Positions 27,501 through 42,500 of a stretch of 64,000 bases of DNA are shown in pieces. A program made the translations under genes and the position numbers. The notes beneath the pieces were generated by a model. That model did not search any database, had not been told where the DNA came from, and saw only the letters and a list, made by a program, of their open reading frames with translations. The stretch spans positions 47,864,001 through 47,928,000 of the forward strand of contig CAIIXF020000001.1 of the NCBI GenBank assembly GCA_903813345.2, read 5' to 3'. Position 1 is the first letter of the stretch; each line of letters starts with the position of its first letter. The DNA comes from Owenia fusiformis. Its lineage: Eukaryota.

Positions 27501-30500
27501 ATATTTGATGATTAAGAAATGTCAACTTTTTTTGAAAAATGGCGGGAAATTTAAATATTTGAGAAATGAAATGCTCACAACTTTTTTTTCAAAAATTTTT
27601 TTTTGTTCAAAAATCTCTAAAATCACTTTTTAAGTCCTGACAAATAGTAAATGAATGATAAAAAAATATTTTCAAACTCTAGACGGGGACTTTAATGTTT
27701 TTCGTAAATGGTTTGGTTTCTTTACCTCTTATGGTTGATACGATTTAACGAGACGAATCCGAGGATGATTAAAATATACTTAAAAATAACGGCATGAATC
27801 ACAGTTTTCCCCATCACATGCTTTATTAGTCATAAATGATTCTGAGGAAGTACGAAACATGCATAAAAACTAATACATACCCATATGATAGTTGTTAAGT
27901 TTACTTTTTATTTTCATCATAACCCGTTTCGATTTATTAAAAAAGAAGTGTAGTCCCATAATTGAAGGTCGATTTAATGAAACATTAGCTCACACTTTTT
28001 CAATGTCTTTCTAATCCAGTATGTAACGTTCCCCTGAATGAGTATCAGAAATGCCAAGGGTGTACGGTCATTATGTTACGTTACGTGTGTTGTATGTAAT
28101 TATGGGGCGCGTTAATTGAGTGGTAAGTGGAATCGGTCTTAATTTTTATTGCAGTTGACAGTTGTTCAATAAAAACCCAACTGGAATACAATGAGCAGCG
28201 TAAAGGCAAGATTTTCTTGTTGATTTTTTTTTGAACTTATTGATGTGTTGTCTAAAAATTTGGAAACGAAACAAAAAATATATTGAATGGCCTTTTATTC
28301 TAAGACTCGCGGACACGATCCTCTTTGGATGTCTTTGTTATTTTCAAAGAATAACGACAAAGTCTCATATGAGTATATAGCGATCAGTGACCATATGTTC
28401 CTGAACCAAAGAGATGGGATCAATGACCCTGGGATCATGTGTAGTCAATGGCACGAGGTAGTCCATCTATGACATTGTTCATGATACATCGCCATACGTA
28501 ACCAGAACTATTCTAGTAAGTTTAGAACTGAACAAACCTGGAAGACTACGTCGTCTTTTCCGCGTTGTCTTTCCTCCGGTGTTTTCATCCGTTGTGTATT
28601 GACGTCTTCTGAGTGTTCCACATGTGAATATCTTTGTTAATCTCTCCATCGTGATAATTCCAACCGATACACTTTCTTTTGATATTTTACGAAAAAATAT
28701 TTTTATTTAAACAACACATCCTTGTGTTGTTGTGTTGCATTTGTTAAGGATTTGCCTCATAAAATGTAAACACGAAATATTTTTGGAGGTTATTCAGATG
28801 AAATGTTTCATTCAATACACACGCACTGCACTTTGAATGTGTATTAACAAAGCTGGTTACAATTTAAGTACATTGATATATTAAACGATCCTGGACGAAA
28901 TATTCTATTTTAAGCACACGCGCGTCATATGGCCATCTGCCCTTCAATACCACACAGTCTACCTGTTGGCACTTATTCTCATTCGCAGGTGAACTCAGCT
29001 CCGGAATATTTAAATATAATTTATTGGATATAATTCTTGGTATAGGAAGTTAGTGGCTGGCTATTTGGCAATGTCCATTGTGCGTGGTGATCTCATAGCA
29101 CTTAACGTGTAACTTAAAAACGTTCCAATTTAGGTTTTATTTCGATTTATTTTGCTACCTGACTGTGTGAATATTTTAACTAACGAGGTAAAACCTGTGT
29201 ATCAACATGTCTGGAGTTTTGCAACGTGATGTAAATAGTATGAATAGGTCTAGGATGAAGAAATTAAAACTTTTTTCTTCTATGTTTAGTTTTGCTTTGA
29301 ATCTTTATACCCGAGTGTATAAATATGACTACAATTCCAATACTTTTTACTTAGTAACCCCCCTATCACACCAAACTCGTTCTTACCCGTTCTTGCCAGT
29401 CCTACGAAAACGTCGTAAAACGGGCTCAAACTGGCTGTGGTCGGGAAATATGTCTGAAATAATTAGCTTCTTCGTTCTTAAACAGTCTTCAATACGTCCA
29501 TCTCGTTCGCAGTTCGTTCAGGTCGCACCACATCGGTGTGCAACGTCGTAGAACGCGTCCCTTAGTCTAGAAGGTCATCATGACCTGATAACAGAACGGT
29601 ATGGTCGCAATCGAATTTTGAATCGATTCAAAATTCTAAAATCACATTCCCGTCTGAGAACGTTCATAAAGTTCTTAAATAGACCTTAGAAAGTTGCAGC
29701 TACGTTCATTCCGTTCGCACACAGTTTTGAAGAACGCAGTGGCAACTTGTTTGGTGTGATAGCTATATTTTTGCTAACTCGTTCATAAGCAGTGTTAAAT
29801 ACGTTCTTAATCAGTTTAAACCCGTTTGCAATGAGTTCTACCTCGTTCTCAACACGTCCTCAGACAGTTCCACTCGTTGTTAAAACGTCCCTAGTAGGAT
29901 TGAAGTACGACGGTTCCGTTCGTAGTACGTCCAGCTCGTCGTTAGTACGTTGTCACTCGTTCTAATTGTAGAACGTGACGACCACGAAAACATTTTGAGC
30001 ATTGTCTAAGTTCTAGAGGACCTACCCGTTCGAGTACGTTCGATGAAGTTTGTAAATAGATCCCAAACGGTTCTTAGTACGTCCAGTCCGTTCGTACACA
30101 GTTGAAGCCCGTTTTCGAGAACGTAGTGAGAACTAGTTTGGTGTGATTATTATTATTATTGTTAGTAGGGTTATATTACAATAATCGGGAATCGGCTTAG
30201 TTGATAAATACGTTTTATTTGTCAAGAGATTTTAATTTGAACATATATCTTGTCTACCATCAAGTAAGATGTTGAATGTTCCCCTCTTTGTTTATATTTC
30301 AAACTGCTTTATTTTTTGATGTCTTAAAAAACGTTATTAATTCTTCACTTGGAGCGATTCTTCGATTTCTATGCGCTCTTTCATTTTGATGAAAAGAGAA
30401 TTCTGAAATATATTTTAGAACCACATTCTGGTCAGAACACATTGATTCAAACGCGTTTGTAAATAACAAAATTTTCATTTTCTATAATAGAGAATATATA

Positions 30501-33500
30501 AGAATAAATATGTCAGAATTCACTGATAATTTGGGAATGTTCTGATAAAAAGCGAATTATTTTGAACTTTCCTAGAATAACTTTCTTGACTGGACATTCA
30601 AGAAAAATTATTTTTGTTTACTTCCATGCAATGATAAAGAAAGTGTGCTGAAAGTGTCCAATATTCCAGATATCTTAGCAAGGTATAATTATTAATTAAA
30701 GAGATCGGGTCTCCTAAAAACACAATTCGAGTAACCCCCTGATTTTTTGTGTTATTTGATGTAAAACAAGTTTGTTTATCAACTTATCAATTCTGAGGCT
30801 TGAATTGTATTAATTCGATGATTGTTCCTAGCCATGAATTTCCACTTACATCAATAGAAATTCAAATTAAATTTAAAAAGCCCGCTCTTTGTTCCAGTCT
30901 GATTGGCTTATTGCGTTCAGTTCTGACAGTTGGTTGTTCTTTTGGTTGTCCTGTTGATTTCCTCAATATATTTTCGATATCGTGCTTATGATTCGGTCTC
31001 AAGATATATCTAAGATATATATGATGTGTTATGAGCAATTATACTATGACATTACTGATTGTCCAGAATAGAAATCTGGACGACTCGATCTCTTTAAGCG
31101 TATTTGCAATGGGTCCAGCAGATAAATGTACTGCATGTAGGTTCGTTTTCCAGTCTTTTTACTTTTATTTCAAAGCATATTGGGTGTCGTAGGGAAAAGT
31201 TCATGTTTTTGTGTAGGTTAAACGCCGAAATGGTAAACATAAACTTACATTTTGTGTCAGTGAATGAACAAATTTACGTTCGTCATTTTTGCTATGCTTG
31301 GAGTCATTTGAAAGAGTTTCCGTGGCCTAAATCTAACGCTATTCGGATGTTGTGGTCGTTATCACAATTCGGTGTCTTATAAAATGATTACAGTTTAACT
31401 CTGTATCAGCAGCTTGTATTCTGATACGTAGCATCTTCCGTACTTCTGTATGTATTGCAGAAGAATACTGCAAAGGAATGATCACATGATTGAACACGAA
31501 GTGGCTCACCACGACGGGGGCCAAAGTCACCGAGATGGACTTTTTCTAGAAGATGTGTATGTGGTCTAATCGAAGACGCATTAAAGCCAACACTCCCTGT
31601 ATCCACTTTGATATTAAAATCTCTATTTCCAATCATTGTTGATAAACGTGACTTAGAATATCTGCGCAACATCATATATGTATAAGGAATGCGTACGACT
31701 CTTGCTGGGGGCTCATTGTCTTTACCCTGAAGCTGATAACCTAGTATGAACACGAATCTCACTTTATATATGAGAAATGAACACTGTGCAAAATGTGCGA
31801 TATCTCCTGTTTTATTTCAGGAGATTTGCATAAATAGTTTGCAAATCTCCTTAGAATCCCCTAAAATATAGTCAGATATCAAATGTTTAATACGGACAAA
31901 TTTGAGTATCATACCACCTATATCAAATTATTTGATGGTATGTCAAAGAATAGGTCCAAAATTATACTAATTTAAATGGAGATATGATCAGGATATTTGC
32001 TATCTATATTAAATATCTTCTGTCTATACTCTTAAAAACTGACTATATCTTACTATTCATACAGTGCTGGATATACACGACAGGAGATATGCAGCCTATT
32101 CTGTGCTAGAGACAGCTTATTTCAGCTTATATCATGAGATACTCCCAAATCAGACCCCCAAAACAGGAGATACTCTGACTATACGAAATGACGTCATCAG
32201 GTCTCATTGCTTGCAGCGCTAATAAAGTGAAATCACTTATCTAGCTTATTAACCACAACTTAAATATTTAAGCTATTAGATAAACAAGTTGGAGAAGCTT
32301 ATCCCTTCTCTGTTGTCTATTAATAAAGTGAATTGTCATTAAGATAAATAACTTTGTGAAGTAAAATGTATGTACAAAAGTTAATAAGTATTAGTTACAT
32401 TCCATTGTTCAAAATTGTTTTCTATAATTTTATATCATTGTACCCCACACAAGTACCATTAGATTCATCCATAAATTATAACAAACAGATTAATGTAAAC
32501 TTGTCATGTGGATTTCTAAATAGAAACTATTTATCAAAGGGACTATAATCTGGTGGTTTTTCAGATTTTATAAACACATTGTTTGAGATAACTTAATTGT
32601 TTTTTAACACTTATAATACAGCAGATATAATAGATAACAGAAAACATGAATTGTGAAATATAAGGGAATACACGTTGTTTAACAAAGGGCATACAGATTG
32701 TAGGTTGTATCTGTGTAACATGGAGCCTCTGTTCTCTAATGTAAACTCAATCTGAAGGTGAAACAATGTAGTAAAACCGAGAGGAAAACTCATTCATTAA
32801 AATAGTATCTTTCCACAGAATTGATGGATTTAATTCAAAATTTGACACAATGTTTATCATAGTGTTGGGGACATTATGCCATCAAATTTATTTAAAATAA
32901 TTCATTTGCAAATTATATTTATTGGAACTTAGAACCTTCAGTTGTAGATATTAATCCATTAACTTTAATAAACGGATTAGTTTTCAAAACTCATTACACT
33001 GAAATTTAATAATTAGGGATTAAACATTTATGTTAGCATTTTGCTCTGACATGTCTCAAGATGTTATTTACATCATTTCCCAATACTACTCAATATTACA
33101 GAATATATGACATTTACAATGGTATGCATCATATACAATAATATGCATTGATTCAATATCCCGAATCCCAATTACTGCTAGCTCAATATTCAGTGTAATT
33201 TGACATTTACAATGGTATGTATCATTTCAACAATAGTACATGTATGCATTGATTGAATATCCCAATTATTACTCAATATTATTGTATAAAATGAATTTTA
33301 ATGGTATGCATCACTCTACGATAGTTTACATCAATTGTATTTCCCAATTACTGCTCATTATTAGTGTATAAAATGACATTTACGATGGTATACATTTCTA
33401 CAATAGTAGTACTAAGCATTAATGGAATACCCCAATTACTGATCAATATTACACAGTGTAAAATTGAAACAAATGTATTACTGAGACCAATCTTATGTTT

Positions 33501-36500
33501 ATCTTAGGTAATCTAGATAACATAGAACATGAATTATGAAGTATTATGTTTCATGCGCTTGTTCTTGTATCTCTAAATGTGACATTAGATTAATGCATAA
33601 ACTCTAACAAATGGATTAATATACTCAATGTGAAAGAGAAACAATGTAGTACACGTAAAACCGAGAGGAAAACTTATTAAAATTAAAACAGTAACTTTCC
33701 ACAGAGTAGATGGATTTATTTCAAAATTTAACACAATGTTTATCATAGCATTGGGGACATTATGCCATCAAAATTATTTTAAAGAATTCATTTGCAGATT
33801 ATTTTTATTGGAACTTAGAACCGTCAGTTGTAGAAATTAATCCATTAACTTTAATAAACGGATTAGTTTTAAAAACTCATTCCACTGAATTGAATAATTA
33901 GAGATTAAACATTTTAGCATTTTGCTCTGACATGTCTCAAGATGTTATTTACATCATTTCCTGATTACTGCTCAACATTACAGAATATATGACATTTACA
34001 ATGGTATGCATCATTCTACAATAGTTTGCATTAATTGATTTTCCCAATTACTGCTCAATATTACAGTATAAAATGACATTTACAATGGTATGCATCATTC
34101 TACAATAATATGCATTAATGGAATTTCCCAATTACTGATCAATATTACAGTGTAAAATAGAAACAAATGTATTACTGAGACCAATCTGATGTTTATCTCA
34201 GACAATCTAGATAACATAGAACATGAATTATGAAGTATTAAGTTCCATGCTATTTACTTGCATCTCTAAATGCGCCAATGAGATGTGTTATAAACTCTAA
34301 CAAACGGATTAATTATCAATGTAAATTTGTCATGGTGAAATTCTAAATAGAAACAGCTTAATCTCTGATATTTAAAACAAATTGTTTGAGATTACTAAAC
34401 TGTTTTTAACATTAAATAGCTTTTCTTGTAAAACCGATCGAGAGGAAAACTCAATAATTAAAAATAACTTTCCATGGAGTTGATCAATTAAATTCAAAAT
34501 TTAACACAAATTTATCATAGCATTAGGGACATTATACAATTAAATGTATATAAAAAAATGAACTCAAAAATTATTTTTAAGGAAATAAGAACCCTCGGTT
34601 GTAGAAAATTAATCCATTCACTCTAACAAACGGATTAATTACCAATGTAAACAAGTCATCAATCATTAATAAGCCAGATAAGTTACAGAAATAAGATGTG
34701 ATGACGTCATTTCGTATAGTTAGCGTATCTCTTGTTTTTGGAGCTCTGATTTAATAGTATATCCTGATATATGCTAGAAGAAGCTGTTGTTCATAGAATC
34801 GGCTAGTATATCCTTTCTGTAGATCTGATAGAGTGATAGACAAACTATATGTTAGCCTTGATATATAACACAGCTTATATGAGTTCATATTTAGTAGAGT
34901 AGCAAATAGTATCAACTATACTAGTTGTCCGCCAAATATCTGGATATAGCATGTGTCTATACAACACGGGAGATACGGGAGATATTTCACACTATGACAG
35001 TTGATATTAGAGCATAGTTAACAGGATATTCTATTACTATATAGCCTTTTTTGCACAGTGGAAACCCGTGTAAAGGGAACGGTACATTGCTCCTGCGCCT
35101 GGTCAATTAAAGCAAATTAACCTCGGAAAAACAGGCAATTTTTACAACATCGATTTTCAATAAATCTCCGAAGTGTTTAAGACCTTGTTTACATCTTGAT
35201 AAGATTCTCACGACTCAATATTTAACAAGACCACCATGGTACGAGCCACTCGTCGCCTTGATTTTCACGAAACACCGGTCAAGTCAAGCCAGAATGCGAT
35301 TTTACTGCGTACTGATGTCAAGATGAATAAACTGTTCTCAAATGGAATAACATAAAATTAAACTTACAAACTAACAAGTATCCATTTAGATGTTGGGTAA
35401 AAACGTATCAAGAGTCTACAAGTGTACTGTATAATATTGAATTCATGGTTATCTACCCCAGATGCGTCAGATTATGACGGAGCAATAGCAAACCCTACTC
35501 ATGCATAACTGATTGGGTTTTACTGAAAACAAGTTAAACGCTTGTCATTCATACTGTCTGTTGTCTGATATTTTACTATTTTCTATCCAGATCTTTGGGT
35601 GATATGATGCAAATTTAATATCCCAATAATAGTAGATTACTAGTAACATTAGTTGCATATTAGGGAGGTTAAGATACGCGTTTTTTAAAACTTGGTCATC
35701 CATGATTAGTTCTCCCATTTCTAGTGTTTACCTGGCCGATTGAGTAAGGTGTAAGGAAAATAATTGTAATTAGGTCCATGGGAAAATGAATTAAGAGCGG
35801 GACAGTAATCCCCGGGTATGGAAATATTACACTCATGTACTATTAAAAACGCGTAACTTAACCTCCCTATTGAAAGCAAAACGGTACTTACCAAAGAGTC
35901 TCAAAAACTATCAATATATATATATATGTGCAGAGTGGTATAGTTCACACAGATCTGTTTCATCCGAGTAGTAATTAAAGAAACAATTAAATATCCTCGG
36001 AAATTATGTTCTTATTTCAAAAATGTGTGACCTAACAAATGCACATTCTGTTGAGGAGGATTCATCCGAATCTCTACATGCGCAATATTCCGACCGCTAT
36101 GTGTTCCAATAATACCTGGGGATAATCACTATTAAACAACAGTTTTATTACATGACAATAGCAAAATAGTTGTGATAAATTAGCCCTGGAACAATGATGA
36201 TTACAGTTTCGTATGCCAAGCGTTAGTTGATTGATAGACACTGTGAGACCATACGAGGTCCCCGATGAAAGAAATTAATATTCGGAGACCGCCGTGGAAC
36301 ATATAGTCTTGCTTCAAGACCCTTAAACCACCCTCTTATCTACTTTAGTAACCTGTTTTAAAGTACATAAGGGGAATGAGCTCCAGGGTCTTGAAACAAG
36401 ATGTAATGGTACATGTCTCCACATGTGTACCTTTAACACACTATGCCTTCTAACTTGGAGACGAAGCTCTCTTTTAAATAATCAAAACTAAACCATTCGA

Positions 36501-39500
36501 AAGGATTCCCTTAAAAAGTATTTTAAACCTTGACATAAGAGCAAAACTACACATATTCATCGATATCATCATAATATGATTCCTCTTTTGGACAGAATTT
36601 GTATAAACCAGTTGCAATATTTCGAATTTTAGGAAGTAAAAATTGAGACTTAATTTATAAAGTAGACCTAATTCACCATAAGCTTGTTGCAAATATTGTT
36701 ATTTACTAATACTTTTATCTGTAGACTCAGTTCAGCACACATGGTAAAGCTGTATCATTTGTTTAATGACATATTTGCTTGTTCTCTCGAGCTTAGGCTG
36801 AATCGATTCAACCTTCAGTTATAATCACACGCATGGCTGCAGGTTCCCTCTTGTTGGGTCCTCGACTGTCGCATGCTATTTGTACTAACTTGCGCTGTTT
36901 TATATCCTGATTATGCAATCTTGAGGGTGACCAAAATATAAATAGAAATTTCAATTGAATTTTTGATACATGATAAGGATCCTATTCTGCCCAAATGCAA
37001 ACATTTGGTTGTCTTCCTACAGATATGGAACTGCAAATTAACCTCTGAGACTGATAGGATCTTTTTTCAATAACTGATGTATTCAATTTCTAATGTTCTA
37101 TTAAAAAAGTTTTAGTAGCTGTGATATCAGCGACATTATCGCTATAGTAATTTTGAAAACAACACTATCGTATAATGATTGTTTCCCGAGAATTCCTCAA
37201 TACCAAAAGCGATGTTGCACATGCAACAAATATATTCATAATGGACATATCTGTAACATATACATTTAAATGTGTTATTTGCATGACAACGCCACGTTGA
37301 GTTAAAAGAATTACTACTCGTTAACGGCAAACAGCTGGAGATGAACCTGCTTTCCAAGCAGCTGTGAATGTGCATGGCAGGTAAATGTAACCAGAACCAA
37401 ATATTTACATGTAGATGCACATCTTTGTATGAAACAACATAATGGCGTGATGTTTTTGCATGTCTACCACTGCTGTTGTGACAGAATACATTGTTAAATC
37501 TGCATTCCAGTTCTCTTATAAGCAAAATCCAATCTTTATATAGAAAAGCAATGTAAACAATGCTGTATAATTATATTAAAGCAAAGAATAACTAACATGG
37601 GATCAATCTATATATCTATGGTCTCGATATCATTAAGCCAAGTTTCACTCTGACAATCGTAGATTATTTTGCAGTTTTCAAACTGAGGGATCCTGAAAAT
37701 ATGTGAAATAAATAGCGACAAAATGTATTTGCTGTTTTAATTACATTAAGCATGAATAATTAAAACTTTTTATTAGAGTATACGAATTTAAACTCTTGTA
37801 AAGGCTACCTATATATCAGTTTATCGGTATATAATCTCAAAGGTCTTAGCACAATGAACTCATCATCACAATTATTGTAGAATGTTTTCAATAGCAATTC
37901 CTTTGGGTACCATTATGCTGAATTACATATGCTGCAGAGTTAATAACAGCTACATTCTGCCTAAAACCACTAGCACTATATACAGATGGGACTTATCTGT
38001 TTATTTATTTTAACCAATGCCGTTTCTTTCAGAGCTCAATTTTTCAGAATATGACTAAGTACCACAAAGAAGGTTTAAATGAATCTTGGGAAATCATGCT
38101 ACATTGCATTATAGATCATAGCCTGACAACGTTCTCCAAAGATACACGAGCGATTTCCAAAATAAACTTACAATGAAGTGTCTGCCAAATTATTTGATTA
38201 ACAAAGGTCAGTCGCCACAAATGATGATAGGGAACTGCATAATTATTAAGTTAGGCAACTTCCGCCTCACTTTGTAGTTTAAACAAAGCACATGACGTGA
38301 ACGAGATCACACCATTAAAAAACGTTCAAAATGGCCGCAGAAAAAGATGGCTGCTCAAAAGTTAATCAGCTCTAGAACTTGATATCCTCTGTCATGGGTG
38401 CAAATTTGGAGAAAATCCGATGAGCGATTTTCCTGAAATGGCGATGACAAGATTTATCGTAGAACCTTCAAATTGGCCACCAGAAAACAAGATGGCCGCC
38501 CAAGAGAGATCACACCATCCAAAAACCTTCAAAATGGCCGCATAAAAAAAGATGGCTGCCCAAAAGTTGATCAGCTCTAGAACCTTATATCCTCTATCAT
38601 GTGGCAAGATGGCCATCAAAGAGTAAATCAGCTCTATTTTTGATGTTATGAGCAGTGGCGGATCCGGGGGGGGGGCATGCCCCCCCCTAAGGTTGGCCCA
38701 GAAAAAAAAGTTGGACCCAAAAAAATTTTAAGGCCCCAAAAAGTGGGCCTTTTGGTCATTATTGGGCCTTCTAAGGCCTTATTTTTTTTAATTTTAGGCC
38801 AAATTTTGAAGAAAATGGGCCTCGAAATTTTAAAATTTGGGCCCACTTATCGGTTTTAGGGGCCCAAAATTTTTTTCCGCGCAAGCAAACACGTTTTTTC
38901 TATGATCTCAAATTTGCCCCCCCCCCCCCCCCCCCTGTTGGTTCCTGGATCCGTCACTGATGAGTATTGGCTATCAATTTTTCTTCAACATGTATTGTAA
39001 TGAGTATGAATGAAATGTCCCTTGGTGTTCTGGTCCTGGATTGTGATATTGGTTCTCGATTGGAGGGGGGAGGGGGATGTTAGACATTGTTTCTTTTCAC
39101 GTTAGATTATGGTTTTGGGATATATAGGGTCTACTTTTTTATGACAGGTTTAGACTTACAGTTTGCTTTTCTTGTTGGGATTCTTTAAAGTTTTTAGTCA
39201 CCCTTCCCTATGGGCATTTGTGCTTATATATTCTAGAACTTGATACCCTCCATCATGTGTACGAATTTGGAGAAAATCTGATGAGCTGTTTTCCTGAAAT
39301 GCCGATGAAAAACCTTCAAAGTGGCTGCCAGAAAACAAGATGGCAGCTCAAAAGTTGATCAACTGTAGAACGCGATATCCTCTATCATGTATGCAAATTT
39401 GGAGACAATCTGACGAACGGTTTTCCTGAAATGGTGATGACAAGATTTGTCAAAAAAACTTCAAAATAGCTGCCAAAAGACAAGATGGCTACCCAAAAGT

Positions 39501-42500
39501 TAATCAGCTCTAAAACCTGATATTCTCTATCATGTGTGCGAATTTGGAGAAAATCTGATTCAGGCGGTTTTCCTAAATGGCGATGATAAAAAATAATAAA
39601 ATAATTGTTTGTAAATAACTGCTTGTATAATTATTTTTAAAAAAAAGCTCTTCTTCGAGAAGGAAATAAAGATAAACAAACAAACAAACAATTAGAATTT
39701 TGAAAACTTCTTGAAATATGGTCGTGGACTTGAAATTAGGTTCATTAAAATGCTATGCTGTGAAACGAAAAATGCATTATTATAAACAACTAAGTATCAG
39801 TAGTTTTTCCAAGCATACGGATTGAACAGGCAAAACAAACGATTCTAGTATCAATCAATGTAAAATGAGATCGTTATCAGATTATTAACTCGGATCTACA
39901 TCTTTAATAACAGAACAATATAACTAACGCTGGAATCTGTTGGGCATTATATAAATCTGTTTCTGTTGCCATGGTAACGAATCAAACACTTTTCATGGTA
40001 GTCATTAGGCGAAAATAGTTTCTTCAACATTCCCTTATGCGATTTAATTGTTTCTACCTCAAGACATACGTAACATACACTAACTCTACCAATACCATAC
40101 CACGAGTACTAATTGTTACTGCCTAGAGAGACATGATATCGAACGTTGTGAGGATCCTACCATCTTACACCCTTTGATTACACCTTACAATTACACCCTA
40201 CCTTTGTGAGTATTTTGTGAGTAACTTGTAAATAATCAACGTCATTACGCGAAAAATTACTGTTTCCTCTTGAGAGACATAAAATTCGCACAATCTCATC
40301 TTCTACTTCCAGTGTTGGATCAAGTAACCCCTTTGCTACAATATTCAATAAATTCATCTCGAAAAATAAGTTGTTCAACATTTAGGAACAACTGAAAGCT
40401 TGTGAATCAAGATGACCTTTTTCCCTAAAGACATCGGTTAAAACACCACAGTGCACACTCCGACTTAACCCTACAGCAATACCCCAAGGCTATACCCTAC
40501 CTTCATCGTGCGCTGTCATATCTAATCCAATCCTTTAACTACAGAATAAAGTACATACAGTGTCCTTCCTGGCAGTGTTTGTTAGTCAGAGGACGGATTA
40601 CGAATCATCCATATTCAACAACTTTCAAAGGAATCATATGACTTCTCATCGATAAATACAGCTACATACGTTTTCCTCTCGTATGTATTTGACTTTCCGT
40701 GAATGTTATAGCTGAAGTCAAGTAGCCAGTCTCTGATTAGTATTAGTACAAACGGAAAATGCTTCTCCTTCGGCATACGCACCTGCCCCCCTAGCAAAGT
40801 ACCAAGCTTCAAGTGTAAGACATTTATTCCCGGTGACTGTGTTAAAGTAACCACATAACATGTGTATGTGGAGCGTCTTTATTAGGAATGCAATAGCAGG
40901 ATTAAGGATACATAACCGTCTTCTCTGAAATCGTGAAAAATGGTCGAGCAATACAAATCGGGTAATTTCCAGAATCCATTTTTGTCATCACGTGACTTAA
41001 TATGCCCAATCAAGATTTGGAAATGAGATGGAATGTCTCCATTTATCGTGGCATGACAGGAATCTTCATTACTACAACCTGTATTGGAATCAATAGCGCG
41101 CTAGCTTGGTGCAGATAATAAATCAATCTGGTCCAAAATAGCGCTTAATAGATGCTACTCTTAATCCTAGGAAATGCAACCCTTAAAACATCAATTCGAG
41201 ATGATCAATTAAATAATGAAGTAGTGAAGGCAATTACATTAATTTGGTGTATACATGATAATGAAGGAGAGTTATCTGAAGTCAAAATGAAAAACTATAT
41301 TTAGTAGTATCGCATACATAACCCCTTGGATCCTAACTTCATGCCTTGGTCACATTTGCTCCAGTTTTCAACCCGGTGTGAAAGAAATTATGGTCCCCTT
41401 TCTGGCCCTGATTGTGTATAAATAATAAGGAAAATAATTGTAATCAGGTCACCATATAAATCAATAGAGACTAGGACCATAATTTGATAGGACCACCTAC
41501 GCTTTTACACCGGCACTCGCCCGATTTTTTTGTCAAAATGGGCAGGTAAGCCCGGGCATCGTACAGGCGCCAGGCGATTATCGCGGGCACCATCAGCCGA
41601 TTTTACGACGTTGTGTACGGTCTTCGGGAGATTGTTCACATTTTTACAACAGATACATGGTAAACGTACATTTTACAATACAGTAATGGTTAAACTTTAC
41701 ATACCATTGGCGGATCCAGAAGCTAACAACATTTTTGGGCCACTAAAACCAAGAATTAGGCCCAACTTTTGAAAATTGAAGACTCATTTTTCGATAAATT
41801 GGCCTAAAATTAAAAAAGTGACCAAAAGATCAAGTAATGCACGAAGGTCCAACTAATTATTTTTGGGCTCAAAAATATTTCTGATTGATTTTGACCAAAC
41901 AAACAATCAATTCATTATTATTCATTCACGATTCATTTATGTAATTATGAATGCTCGTTTTCCTTGACAAAGACATGTCAACACCCAAGTACACATTTAG
42001 AATCTTGTTCATGACTATTTTTGCTGAACAAAACGGCGATGATTTGGGTAAGCTTGAAATAGAGGTTATTTAATGGGAGGGATGGAATATGGATTTTATT
42101 CCGAGGGAAAATATGATATTGGCCAAGGAAAATATCATATTGACCGAGGGCGATAGCCCGAGTGTCAATATGATATTTTCTGAGGCCAATATCATATTTT
42201 CTCAAGGAATAAATCCATATTCCATCACGACCATCAATAACCTATTTATTTCATAATATTTTTTTTTCAATTTTTGTATGTCATCATCCAATGATTGTGA
42301 CATAAAATTATACAATAATTTCAATTTTGGTGTCACTCCTGTAAATCATTGAAAAACATTGAAAAAAATCACAAAATTCAAGTTCTGGGGTACAAATCGC
42401 CATTTTCGAACGAACTAGCCCATACAATGACTATATTTCTGCGTTCCCCAATACATAACCTTCATCTTGACACTATATTTAACAAAGGGTTTGCTTCTCG

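Noticed and set aside
30294..30402. Alternative terminal exon for module 1 (EFSFHQNER...); similar weak candidates at ~48120 and ~21642
   Set aside because: None gives the EF-hand exit helix; EFVQMM at 21337 is a far better match.
40178..40381. 67-aa ORF ending near a phase-0 donor
   Set aside because: No similarity I can recognise and no supporting acceptor or phase partner nearby.
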